A stretch of DNA of 61,029 bases, the filler included. It is 7 parts of 7 records of this genome, joined end to end, with 100 filler letters (N's around TTAATTAATTAA, not from the genome) between each part and the next. Parts side by side here need not be neighbours in the genome. Positions count along the whole stretch, not along the records: positions 18,471 to 27,873 come from DRR723986_55878; positions 27,974 to 40,097 come from DRR723986_55918; 5 more parts are not named here. One strand, 5' to 3'. Every line of letters begins with the position of its first letter. Within the stretch, counting starts at the first letter, position 1. Below, one piece after another: positions 19,820-29,270 of the stretch. Below the pieces are notes generated by a model that ran no database searches, had not been told where the DNA came from, and worked only from the letters and a program-made list of their open reading frames with translations. The translations under genes were made by a program, and so were the position numbers.

Positions 19820-20881
19820 TTACACGCCGACATCTCGAAGCGCTGCGGCCGCATCCTCCGGACGAAGCGGATTGATATAACAATCGCTTCCCCATTCAAA
19901 CCCAGCTACCTTGGTCAGTCGTGGGAAGAGCTCAATACGCCAGTGGAAATAGTCTCTATTTTCTTCGCAGCCAGGAGCAGTGTGAAGCACAAAGTTATAG
20001 GCCACGTCCGGGTAGCAGTTCTCGATTCGCCGAACCATTCGATGCGTGAGCCATGACAGTTGTTCTAGCTCAGAATCAGGCAATCGTTCGAAACGTGGGC
20101 TGTGCTTCTTTGGGAAAATCGACACCAACGAGGGAAGGCGACTGGCGAAGGGGCAGAGTGCGACGAAATCGGGCGTTTCCTCCACGACTCTCTCTCCCTG
20201 CTCAAGTTCACCGCGAACAAGGGAGCAAAACAGGCACTCGCCTTTCTCCTGAAGAAACTGTTCCATCCGTTCGCTCGCCCGCTTAACATCGGGAGGCAGG
20301 ATGTTGGTCGAGATCAACTGCGAATGCGAGTGGGCGAGTGAGGCGCCGGCGTCCTGCCCAACGTTCTTAAACACGACCGCATAGCAGACCTTTCGATCTT
20401 CAATCCAAAACCGCAACCGATCACGGTAGGCGGTAAACACCAACCGAGTTTCTTCGGGGGCAAGTTGGGAGATCGAGTGGATGTGCAGGGGACTTTCGAC
20501 AATGACTTCATGGCCGCCGCTCAGGTCACGTCGTCGGAATAGGTCAATCTTCTCGGCGTGTGGCAAGGCGTCTTCAGTGTGAATGCCGGACAAGTTCTCT
20601 TGGCCGAGATCAGACACGGCCGGAAACTTGTTCGGTACTACACGGACGACCCAGTCTCGCGGTTTGTCTTCACCACGACGGAAATAGTTGGCGACCGCCT
20701 TGGGCGTTTCAGCTTCTTGGCCACGACAGAATGGACAGTGCTGGATCTCGCGCGGGACATCCACGTACTTTACAAAGTCGAATGGCCTTTCGGTGCGTTG
20801 CGGTGCTATGATGACCCAACGATCTGCAAGCCAATCGTGTCTCAGTTCACTGCTTGTGGCATCTTCTCGCCTTGCCGTCAC
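19820..20881 (-). CDS. galT: galactose-1-phosphate uridylyltransferase-like (GalT/HIT) protein
   Basis: RWVIIAPQRTERP, CPFC, VPNKFPA, GASLAHSHSQ, AGFEWGS. Confidence 0.88.
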   Translation of the reverse strand: MTARREDATSSELRHDWLADRWVIIAPQRTERPFDFVKYVDVPREIQHCPFCRGQEAETPKAVANYFRRGEDKPRDWVVRVVPNKFPAVSDLGQENLSGIHTEDALPHAEKIDLFRRRDLSGGHEVIVESPLHIHSISQLAPEETRLVFTAYRDRLRFWIEDRKVCYAVVFKNVGQDAGASLAHSHSQLISTNILPPDVKRASERMEQFLQEKGECLFCSLVRGELEQGERVVEETPDFVALCPFASRLPSLVSIFPKKHSPRFERLPDSELEQLSWLTHRMVRRIENCYPDVAYNFVLHTAPGCEENRDYFHWRIELFPRLTKVAGFEWGSDCYINPLRPEDAAAALRDVGV

Positions 20882-20983
20882 AGTTCCAACCCCCGCAGTT
20901 TTGCGTCCGAAGTCAATCGCAGGACGCTACATCCAAATCAGATCGTATCACTTCTCTAAAACTTGGTACTCTTGCAACTCTGT

Positions 20984-22459
20984 TTAGACTTTTCCATTCA
21001 ATCCTTCGAACAAATCGATATAGCATCTTGCACTTTGGCTCCATGACCAATCTGCTCGCATGCCAGTCTCGACGATATTGGCCCAGGCGTCTTTGTTGAA
21101 GCCGAACAGGTCGACAGCGCTACCAAGAACCTGAGTGAGTTCATCTAGGGCATAGTCGCCGACTTGGAAACCGGTTGCGGTCCCAGCGGCTCGATTCTCT
21201 TCAGATGCGTGAATCACAGTGTCTTTCAGCCCTCCCGTGGCGGTAACTACGGGCACCGCACCATAACGTAAGCTGTAGAGCTGGTTGAGGCCACAGGGTT
21301 CGTAACGGCTAGGCATCAAGAACATATCGCTAGCGGCTTCAATACGGTGCGCAACACCTTCGGAGAAGGCGAGCCGGAGTCCAATCTTGGAGGGAAATTT
21401 CTCAGCCAGCTCGGCGAGGTCGCGTTCGTAGTTCGGATCGCCCGTACCAAGAATGGCCCACTGAACGTTGCGATGTTCCGCCCAAGAGTTCAGCAATGGG
21501 ATGATCAGATCCCATCCTTTCTGGTCCGCAATCCGGCTTACGATTCCGATCAGCGGTGTTTCGCTGTTCCGAGGCAAACCGAGCTCTTCCTGCAGGGCTG
21601 ATTTACAAGCCGCTTTGCCCTCTCGCCAATTTTCCACGGAAAAATTCTTCGGAATATGAACGTCTACCGCTGGATCCCACTGTGAGTAGTCGACGCCGTT
21701 GACGATCCCGACCAGCGCATCGCCTCGTGAAGCAAGGATGTCGTCGAGCCCGCATCCCAGCTCCGGCTCAGTGATCTCCTGCGCATATGTGGGGCTGACG
21801 GTCGAGACAGCGTCGGCGAACACGATCCCGGTTTTGAGCAGATTCAGGTCCCCGTGAAACTCCATCTGTTGGTAATTGAAGAACCGCCAATCGAGGCCTG
21901 TAAGCGGCATGTCGTGATGCCAGAAACGCCCTTGGTAGGCCAAATTGTGGATAGTGTGAACGCTCTTCGCCTGATCCATCCAGTTGTAATGGCCGAAGCG
22001 AGTCTTCAGGTAAGCTGGTAAGAGGCCGGTTTGCCAATCGTGTGTGTGCAGAATGTCGACGTGAATGCCAAGGCGGTCGATGGCTTCGGCAACGCTTCTC
22101 GAAAAGAACGCAAAGCGCTCGCAGTTGTCCTTGTATTCACCGTGTGCATCAAAGTAGAGCCCATCGCGGTCGAAATACTGCGGCTGGTCGACCAGATAGA
22201 TGTCGACATTGGAATCAGGAAATCGGGTCTTCAGTAGCCGGCAAGTGACGTGTGAGTCATTGATATAGATTGTGAAGGTGTGTGGCGTCTGTTCGATCGG
22301 AAAGCCGCTCTTGATAACACTTCGGTACGCTGGAAGGAACGCGGTGCACTGGCAGCCAAGTTTCTCTAGCTCTACCGGCAGCGCGCTACATACGTCTCCC
22401 AAACCACCGGTCTTGGCAAGAGGAACAATTTCACTGGAAGCGGTAACAATATTGAGCAT
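20984..22459 (-). CDS. glgA: glycogen synthase
   Basis: KTGGLGDV, HDWQTG, TIHNLAYQG, MPSRYEPCGLNQ. Confidence 0.97.
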   Translation of the reverse strand: MLNIVTASSEIVPLAKTGGLGDVCSALPVELEKLGCQCTAFLPAYRSVIKSGFPIEQTPHTFTIYINDSHVTCRLLKTRFPDSNVDIYLVDQPQYFDRDGLYFDAHGEYKDNCERFAFFSRSVAEAIDRLGIHVDILHTHDWQTGLLPAYLKTRFGHYNWMDQAKSVHTIHNLAYQGRFWHHDMPLTGLDWRFFNYQQMEFHGDLNLLKTGIVFADAVSTVSPTYAQEITEPELGCGLDDILASRGDALVGIVNGVDYSQWDPAVDVHIPKNFSVENWREGKAACKSALQEELGLPRNSETPLIGIVSRIADQKGWDLIIPLLNSWAEHRNVQWAILGTGDPNYERDLAELAEKFPSKIGLRLAFSEGVAHRIEAASDMFLMPSRYEPCGLNQLYSLRYGAVPVVTATGGLKDTVIHASEENRAAGTATGFQVGDYALDELTQVLGSAVDLFGFNKDAWANIVETGMRADWSWSQSARCYIDLFEGLNGKV

Positions 22460-22920
22460 GATTGTGGACTGTTGTGTCTCAAGTATTCTTGGGAGCGCAG
22501 GAGCGTTGCGGCAATCGATTACGCTTGACAGAGTTTAGCCGATTCACCTTCTGACTCAGCCTACGAGCCGCTTGAATCGAGCGATTCTCGGCTGATAGCG
22601 GACGCATGACCACTGCAATCGTCAAGCTTGTTGTGGCAAAAGTACTAGAGCATGGGTTCAATTCTCAGCCCAGGGACGCGTTATTCGCCGAGGAAATAGA
22701 ATTCCGTGCTCCAAATTGGAGTACTAAGCGCGAGTGGCTGACGGGCAGCCGCAAACTTTCATTCCCAGCGCTTTTCGACACCGGACTTGGTCTAGACCGC
22801 TCCTAACGACTATAATCGACTTCCTCCCGCGATCGGATTTTGGGGCGACCGAAGGATGTAGTCTCCCCACCAAGCTTGTTTAGTCCTCTTAGCGGTTCAA
22901 TTCACCTGAGACGTATTGCC

Positions 22921-23466
22921 ATGGATGTTTCAACAGTTCGCCCGAAAGTTGCTCAGCTTGCATTGCAGCTACTCGGGAGGAGCGTACATCCAGAGCTTTT
23001 CGCTAGCTACAAGACTCAGCGGCTAGAACGAAAAGCTTACACGGCAGCTCTTCATATCACCTCCGATGGTCATGTTATTAGTTGGCGGCACGGCAAGACG
23101 ACTCTGACCGAGGTCGCTGCATCGACACACCAATTGCTCCCCGAGGGCCGCCGTCTACTGCACCAATCGCTGCATGGCGCTCACAAGGAAGAAATCGACT
23201 ACACGGGCGGAATTCGCTACACTTGCGAATTCTCGACGGAGCGCGTTCAAGCCGAATTGTTTTGGATGATTCAAAAGCAGTTGGGCGATTCCCGCCGCGA
23301 TCATGAAATGATCCACGAATTCGATGCCAGCGGACGAATCGCAATTGGCGGACTGAGCTTTGTGCATGCCGAGACGCGATTAAAAAGCCTACACGTTCAA
23401 GCGATCCATACCTTCCCAGACGATTTGACACTGCTCAAAACGGAATCAGTCTTTACTGCACCGTAA
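22921..23466 (+). CDS. DUF2617-like protein
   Basis: RPKVAQLALQLLGRSVHPELF; HTFPDDLTLLKTESVF. Confidence 0.75.
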   Translation: MDVSTVRPKVAQLALQLLGRSVHPELFASYKTQRLERKAYTAALHITSDGHVISWRHGKTTLTEVAASTHQLLPEGRRLLHQSLHGAHKEEIDYTGGIRYTCEFSTERVQAELFWMIQKQLGDSRRDHEMIHEFDASGRIAIGGLSFVHAETRLKSLHVQAIHTFPDDLTLLKTESVFTAP

Positions 23467-23625
23467 TTTAACTAGTACTGGCTGGGACCGAAGCAAATCC
23501 CGTTCCGTCTGTATGCGGTGGAAGTGGCTGTTAAGCAGCGGTAAATCGAACTGGGCGCGAGATCGGTTCAATTCACACGAGTTCGCACTCCGCTGCTCGC
23601 CCGCCAGATTGACAGGAGCCAAGCA

Positions 23626-24999
23626 ATGTTTCGATCTCAGAATCCAAACGACCACCGAATTACACGCCGGCGACTTTTGCGTGGCGCAGGCGTCGCGGTC
23701 ACCCTGCCCCTGTTCTCGGCCACGAATAAAACCGCTGCGGCAATGGGCAATCTGCACGGTGTTGCCGCCGGAACCACGGCTTCGGGCGCACCGCTTCGCG
23801 TCGCATTTATGTCGATCCCCAACGGTGTCCAGCAGAAACATTGGTTCCCGGATTCAGATTTCAATCTGAACACCACCATGCAGCCACTTGAGGGACTCAA
23901 AGAGCATTTCCAAGTGATCTCGGGGCTGGACCACGAGAATGCAACCGCTGGGCCCGACGGTGCCGGTGATCATGCTCGTGCAAACGCAACCTTCCTAACA
24001 GGCAAACGCGCTCGAAAGACAGCGGGACGCGATATTCAAATCGGTACGTCAGTTGACCAAGTCATGGCTGAGGCCGCAAAGGGGACAACCCGCTTTCCTT
24101 CGGTCGAGTTGTCGTGTGATTCAGTTCGTACGTCCGGGCGCTGTGATTCGGGATACGCGTGCGCCTACCAATACAACCTTTCATGGAGCTCGTCGTCGAC
24201 GCCTGTCACGCCCGAGCCCAATCCGCGTTTGGCGTTCGAACGTTTGTTCGGCGCTGGCAAGCCTGGTGAGCGAAAGGCAAACCTCCAGCAAAGGCAGCAA
24301 TCGGAACGCTCAATCCTGGATTTTGTTCTGGAAGATGCGAACGACTTGAAGCGCGACCTGGGTCGAACGGATCACAGAAAACTCGATCAATACCTGGATA
24401 GCGTTCGTGCGATTGAGAAACGCATCACTGCATCAGAGGACCTTGGTGAAGTTCGCATTCCCGGCGTTGCAACGCCGGCGGGCATTCCCGATTCCTACGG
24501 CGAGCACATGGATCTCATGTATGACCTGCTCGCGACGGTTTTCGAATCCGATGCCGCTCGAGTCGGCACGATACTACTGGCTCACGACGGCAGCAATCGC
24601 ACGTTTCCGGAAATCGGTATTCGCGAGGGCCATCATCACTTGTCACACAACCAGGAGAAGGCGCCACTGGCTCAGAAGATCGCCGAAATTGACAAGTACT
24701 ACATCACACATCTCCGCCGCTTCTTGCAACGCCTCAATGATACGACTGACGTTGATGGCAACTCGATCCTTCACAATTCGATGATTGTCTACGGAGGAGC
24801 AATTGCCGATGGAAACCGCCATACGCACCACAACTTGCCGGTCATTCTGGCTGGTCATGGCGGCGGAGCGATCAAGACGTCTCGCCACTTGCAGACTCAG
24901 AGTCAGCCAATGAGCAACTTGTTCGTATCCATGTTGGAGGAATTTGGTGCTCCGACGGATCAGTTTGGCGACAGTGACGGGCGGCTAGAGCTGACGTAA
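23626..24999 (+). CDS. DUF1552 domain protein (Tat signal)
   Basis: TRRRLLRGAG; PNGV; CDSGYACAY; HHHLSH; DGNRHTHHNLP. Confidence 0.9.
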   Translation: MFRSQNPNDHRITRRRLLRGAGVAVTLPLFSATNKTAAAMGNLHGVAAGTTASGAPLRVAFMSIPNGVQQKHWFPDSDFNLNTTMQPLEGLKEHFQVISGLDHENATAGPDGAGDHARANATFLTGKRARKTAGRDIQIGTSVDQVMAEAAKGTTRFPSVELSCDSVRTSGRCDSGYACAYQYNLSWSSSSTPVTPEPNPRLAFERLFGAGKPGERKANLQQRQQSERSILDFVLEDANDLKRDLGRTDHRKLDQYLDSVRAIEKRITASEDLGEVRIPGVATPAGIPDSYGEHMDLMYDLLATVFESDAARVGTILLAHDGSNRTFPEIGIREGHHHLSHNQEKAPLAQKIAEIDKYYITHLRRFLQRLNDTTDVDGNSILHNSMIVYGGAIADGNRHTHHNLPVILAGHGGGAIKTSRHLQTQSQPMSNLFVSMLEEFGAPTDQFGDSDGRLELT

Positions 25000-25079
25000 G
25001 CTTGCCGGTTGTTCCGTAGATTCGTTACAAGCGCATCGATTTACGGCTTGTGAACTGACCTTTTGTTCTTCTTCGCTCC

Positions 25080-25415
25080 ATGGACGGACAGAGAATCCCA
25101 CAATGGGATGACCTTTTTCCGGCCACGCTGCGAGAGACAAGTATGAACATCGACTGGGAGCAGTTCTCCAAGCAAGAGCTCATCTCGATACTGCGTGCTA
25201 TGGAAGAGCGAGCTTGGATCGTCGAGCCGTTGGATCTGGAACAGCCCATGACTGCGATCAAAGAATGCAGTTGCGATCCAGTGGATTCAGATGCACCATT
25301 ACCGATCCAGGAGTTGTGCAGAGTCAAGCTAGAGCGTGCGAATCGCGACAGTCCGCTCAAGCGACTACTGAGAAGTCCCCGTCGACTCGGCTCCCCACAG
25401 CGACGGCAGGCGTAG
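25080..25415 (+). CDS. hypothetical protein
   Basis: 111-aa ORF convergent with the next gene. Confidence 0.45.
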   Translation: MDGQRIPQWDDLFPATLRETSMNIDWEQFSKQELISILRAMEERAWIVEPLDLEQPMTAIKECSCDPVDSDAPLPIQELCRVKLERANRDSPLKRLLRSPRRLGSPQRRQA

Positions 25416-25442
25416 CTCAGGGAATTGCCGACTGGCTGCCAA

Positions 25443-25766
25443 CTAAGATGCAGCAGCGGACGGGAATTTGAGTATGTCCGAGCCGCTGTCGACCTTCATG
25501 CGAAGCTTCGTTGTTCGGCAAGCGTTACTCTCGGTCGCGCCGAGCGCAGATCTCATTGCCACCATTTCTTCGCGAGTCATCTCGATCTCGCTCTGCGAAA
25601 ACCATCCGACATCCCTGCTGAACGACTGCCGCTTCAAGACAAAGCTACCAACCCCGTCCTTAGACTTGAGCACGAACACAAGCCGGCTCAGATCGTTCTC
25701 GCCCGGAATACACGCAAGCTCGAATTCCACCGAGTCATCCGTGAGCGTCGAAGTTGGTAGTGACAC
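25443..25766 (-). CDS. hypothetical protein
   Basis: 107-aa ORF with GTG start; globular composition. Confidence 0.5.
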   Translation of the reverse strand: MSLPTSTLTDDSVEFELACIPGENDLSRLVFVLKSKDGVGSFVLKRQSFSRDVGWFSQSEIEMTREEMVAMRSALGATESNACRTTKLRMKVDSGSDILKFPSAAAS

Positions 25767-25940
25767 GTGACTTTATCCCTAGAATTCTGTCATAAACATC
25801 TCGTGTTGATGATATCCAGTCTCAATAGACCGCTCAAGCCTCTGGATAGGAATTCCACAAACTTTACTGGCTAAACGTAATCTCACGCCCTCTGAGCAGT
25901 GGAGTGGAGATCGCGAACTGAACGAGCGGAACGGCCGCAA

Positions 25941-27830
25941 CTAAAACATTCCGCCTCCCATTCCGCCCTCTCCGCCGTAACCGCTGCCACCAACCATGCC
26001 TCCCATGCCACCACCAAAGCCTCCCATACCTCCACCCATCATTCTGTAGGGTGACGATGGCATAGCGTTTTGGCGCGCGTTCTCGGGATTCATGGCTCGA
26101 ATTTTGATTAGGAAACTCTCAATCTTCGAGTGAGTGGAGTAGGGGGCAGCAACTACCATCATGGATCCGACCAGATTCATACTGCTTTCGCCGCCTGCCG
26201 CTAGCCAGTTGTCAGCATCGATACTCTGCTGAAGCGAACTAAGCAGTGCATCTGCATTTGAAGAATTCGGTAGAATATATGACAGGTCGTAGCACCTGAT
26301 CTCCGGCTCCGCATTGAGTGCATCGATAGTCGTTACCTCAATCACTTCCCCCACACGGACCCCGAGCTCGAGTGGTCCCAGTGCCAGTCTCAAAAAGGTC
26401 TTCACCCGAATCGGGCCCGCAATTTGGACGTCTATCGGTGTATCAACGGTGAGCCCAATCGCGTCTAACTCAGCTTGATTGATCCAAAATGGCGCATCTA
26501 GATCGTCCGCCAGTGCGGTGATAACATCGTTGAGCGGCATGCCTGGAAAGTCGGCGCTAATTTTCTGAACCAGTTTTTCACGATTCGCAGCGATAGCGGC
26601 CTCGAGCGGATCTTGAGCTGACAACCACGGCGGCAACTCAGCGTCGCTGGGCGTTCGCCATTCAACTTCTTTGGGACCCTGCGGCTTTGTCATTCCTATG
26701 GCTGCGGGCCGGTTGGCTGCAACACCTTGTCCGCCCGCAACAGTCATCGAGGCTGGGGCATTGCCACCGCCGCCGGTGGTCGCCTGCGGAACAACAGGTC
26801 CCAACTGCGCGAGCGTCTGCTCGTCGCGAGCCCCCCCGGGCATTGAATTCAAACCAAGGTTAGCCGTCTCCCCGATTGCCTGCGCGGAAGCGTCTTGCGA
26901 AAGTCCGTCACCCTGTTGAGCCACTCCGGTACTGGATAACGTGAAGACGGTAACTCCCGCGGCTAGCGCTACGAGAGACAAGACGGCAACTTTGCCCGTT
27001 ACTGCTGATAACATAGAAACTTCCTTAGAGACGAGAGAAGAGACGGTCGAATTTGTAGTAGCGGCATCCAAACTCAAATCACCACTTTGAACAAGGTCTG
27101 GAGTAGATGAAATAATTTGTTCGATGGAGCGACCTGCCACCCAGTTGCTCTCACCGGCGGCTACGCTTTTCTGCAAGTATCCGCATGCTGCGACGACGAT
27201 CGACATGCTAACGCCCCGCTGAGCAAGGCGCTTGCGAAGGGACCGGCGCCCTCGCTTGAGACGGCCCTCAACCGCAGCGGTCGAGAGATCCATGGCTTCG
27301 GCAATCGATGGGGCCGACCGTCCAAGCAAGTAATGCTCTACGAGTACACTTCGCAAATTTTCCGGCATTCGCTGCAATTCGTTGGAAAGCGTCTCCAACT
27401 CGATTTTGCGGGCGACTTCGTATACTGGGTTATCTGCTTTATTCACCGTTTCAGCGCGATCGTGGAGGTCTTCGGCCAAATGCACCTGCGATTGTCGAAC
27501 TTGCCTCCGCACTCTGATAGCAGTGCGATAAGCGACGCCGTATAGCCATGAGCCCAAGCTATCGCGTTTCTTGATCCGCCCCGCAGACTTGATTAGTACT
27601 AGGAACGTTGCCTGGAATGCATCCTCGGCAGCTTGCGTGTCAGACACAGTAGCCTGGCATACGGTCGCCACCATCGCTCCATAGCGATCGATGATCTGCG
27701 TGAGTGCCCCGCGACTCCCCGTTGCCACGTACAGCTCTACGAGTTCCTGGTCTGGCGCATCGGCCAGCGAGAGTCCGAATTGCTCGGCTCCACGACTACA
27801 GGGCTCGTTGTTCTTTGCGTCAGTTGTCAT
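25941..27830 (-). CDS. ECF sigma factor with long C-terminal membrane-anchored extension
   Basis: AEDAFQATFLVL, SWLYGVAYR, VEGRLKRGR; TM segment; secretin-N-like region and G/M-rich tail. Confidence 0.9.
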   Translation of the reverse strand: MTTDAKNNEPCSRGAEQFGLSLADAPDQELVELYVATGSRGALTQIIDRYGAMVATVCQATVSDTQAAEDAFQATFLVLIKSAGRIKKRDSLGSWLYGVAYRTAIRVRRQVRQSQVHLAEDLHDRAETVNKADNPVYEVARKIELETLSNELQRMPENLRSVLVEHYLLGRSAPSIAEAMDLSTAAVEGRLKRGRRSLRKRLAQRGVSMSIVVAACGYLQKSVAAGESNWVAGRSIEQIISSTPDLVQSGDLSLDAATTNSTVSSLVSKEVSMLSAVTGKVAVLSLVALAAGVTVFTLSSTGVAQQGDGLSQDASAQAIGETANLGLNSMPGGARDEQTLAQLGPVVPQATTGGGGNAPASMTVAGGQGVAANRPAAIGMTKPQGPKEVEWRTPSDAELPPWLSAQDPLEAAIAANREKLVQKISADFPGMPLNDVITALADDLDAPFWINQAELDAIGLTVDTPIDVQIAGPIRVKTFLRLALGPLELGVRVGEVIEVTTIDALNAEPEIRCYDLSYILPNSSNADALLSSLQQSIDADNWLAAGGESSMNLVGSMMVVAAPYSTHSKIESFLIKIRAMNPENARQNAMPSSPYRMMGGGMGGFGGGMGGMVGGSGYGGEGGMGGGMF

Positions 27831-27873
27831 AAAACGTCGGTTGCCAGAAACGTTGCAGGAGACCCAGAAACGT

Positions 27874-27973
27874 NNNNNNNNNNNNNNNNNNNNNNNNNNN
27901 NNNNNNNNNNNNNNNNNTTAATTAATTAANNNNNNNNNNNNNNNNNNNNNNNNNNNNNNNNNNNNNNNNNNNN
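27874..27973. other. artificial contig linker
   Basis: N run with TTAATTAATTAA. Confidence 0.99.
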
Positions 27974-28005
27974 AAGATTCCATGGAATCTTTGGTTTTAA
28001 ACAAT

Positions 28006-28037
28006 AAAAAAGGCGCAATTTTCATTGCGCCTTTTTT
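28006..28037. terminator. bidirectional intrinsic terminator
   Basis: AAAAAAGGCGCAAT-TTTC-ATTGCGCCTTTTTT. Confidence 0.85.
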
Positions 28038-28053
28038 ATTACTTGTTATTTAA

Positions 28054-29133
28054 TTAGTCTTCCAATTTTTCGTTTTCTTCTTTTACTTCTTTAATAAGAT
28101 AAACATAGACTGGGAAATGGTCGCTAAAACCACCTGTAAAGCCTCCATCAGCAAAACTTCTAAAAGGATACCCTTCATATCTACCACGTTTATTAAACAT
28201 GTAAGACGGATTATAAATACCTGCTTTCCAAAATCTAAATGTAGAATAATCGTCTTCAATCAATGGTTTTGTCATCATTATTTGGTCAAATAAACTCAAC
28301 GCATCTCTATATGCCGTAGTTCCCCAACCCTTTTCAGTAAACATTTTTTCGTACGGATTGTAAATTCCTTTTAGAGGTACATCCTTCTTTTCTTTCTTTG
28401 CCTTTAAAACTTTCTTTACACTTTCATTAGTTGGGTCATCATTTAAATCGCCCATTGTAAAAATCTTAGCATAAGGATCTTTAGATTGTATTGAATCAAT
28501 TATACGTTTATTCAACTTTGCTGCACCTACACGCTTAGATCTACTTCTTGCTTCACCACCACTACGAGACGGCCAATGATTAACAATAATATGGATAAGA
28601 TCACCATCTAATTCTCCACTAACCAATAATTGATCTCGTGTATACACTCTTTTTCTCGTAACATCATCATAGATTAATAACTCATGAGAACTAGAATCAA
28701 TTGGTTTAAATAGTGCTTTCTGATATAACAAAGCAACATCGATACTTCTTCGGTCTGGACCATCAAAATGAATGATGCCATAATCTTTTCCTAAAAGCAA
28801 TGGATCATTAACTAAATCTTCTAAAACATCTCTATTTTCTATTTCACATACACCAATTACTGCAGGTGAATTGTTCGCCATATCAGCACCAATATTTGCG
28901 ATAACCCGTGCCATGTTCTTAATCTTCTTTTTGTACACTTCAGAACGATTAGCTTTCATCTCCATGATAGGACTAGCCTCATCATACTTTAATGGATCAT
29001 TGATAGTGTCAAATAGATTTTCTAAATTGTAAAACGCTACAGTATGTATTTTAAAACGTTTTTCTTCTTGTGCCTCAACGTTTAATATGCTTGCTAAAGC
29101 AAACAAAACTATAAGGGATTTTAATAATTTCAT
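28054..29133 (-). CDS. secreted endonuclease/exonuclease/phosphatase (EEP) family protein
   Basis: FYNLENLFD, GVCEIEN, NHWPSR, GDLND, SDHFPV; signal peptide. Confidence 0.93.
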   Translation of the reverse strand: MKLLKSLIVLFALASILNVEAQEEKRFKIHTVAFYNLENLFDTINDPLKYDEASPIMEMKANRSEVYKKKIKNMARVIANIGADMANNSPAVIGVCEIENRDVLEDLVNDPLLLGKDYGIIHFDGPDRRSIDVALLYQKALFKPIDSSSHELLIYDDVTRKRVYTRDQLLVSGELDGDLIHIIVNHWPSRSGGEARSRSKRVGAAKLNKRIIDSIQSKDPYAKIFTMGDLNDDPTNESVKKVLKAKKEKKDVPLKGIYNPYEKMFTEKGWGTTAYRDALSLFDQIMMTKPLIEDDYSTFRFWKAGIYNPSYMFNKRGRYEGYPFRSFADGGFTGGFSDHFPVYVYLIKEVKEENEKLED

Positions 29134-29206
29134 TTTGGTTATATTATCTAATTATTATATCCTAAGCAAATTGCTTGCCAAAAGTATGTATTTATTATAA
29201 ATAATG

Positions 29207-29214
29207 TACATTTG
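29207..29214 (+). promoter_or_regulatory. Bacteroidota -7 promoter element
   Basis: TACATTTG about 56 nt upstream of the receptor ATG. Confidence 0.6.
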
Positions 29215-29270
29215 CACGCCTTAAATAACTAATTATTTAATGTATAACAACAATTAATTTTAATATAGGC

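Noticed and set aside
25944-26045. GGM/GGF-rich tail as a link to the contig 7 repeat
   Set aside because: It lies on a different contig from a different phylum, and such tails are common in planctomycete proteins.
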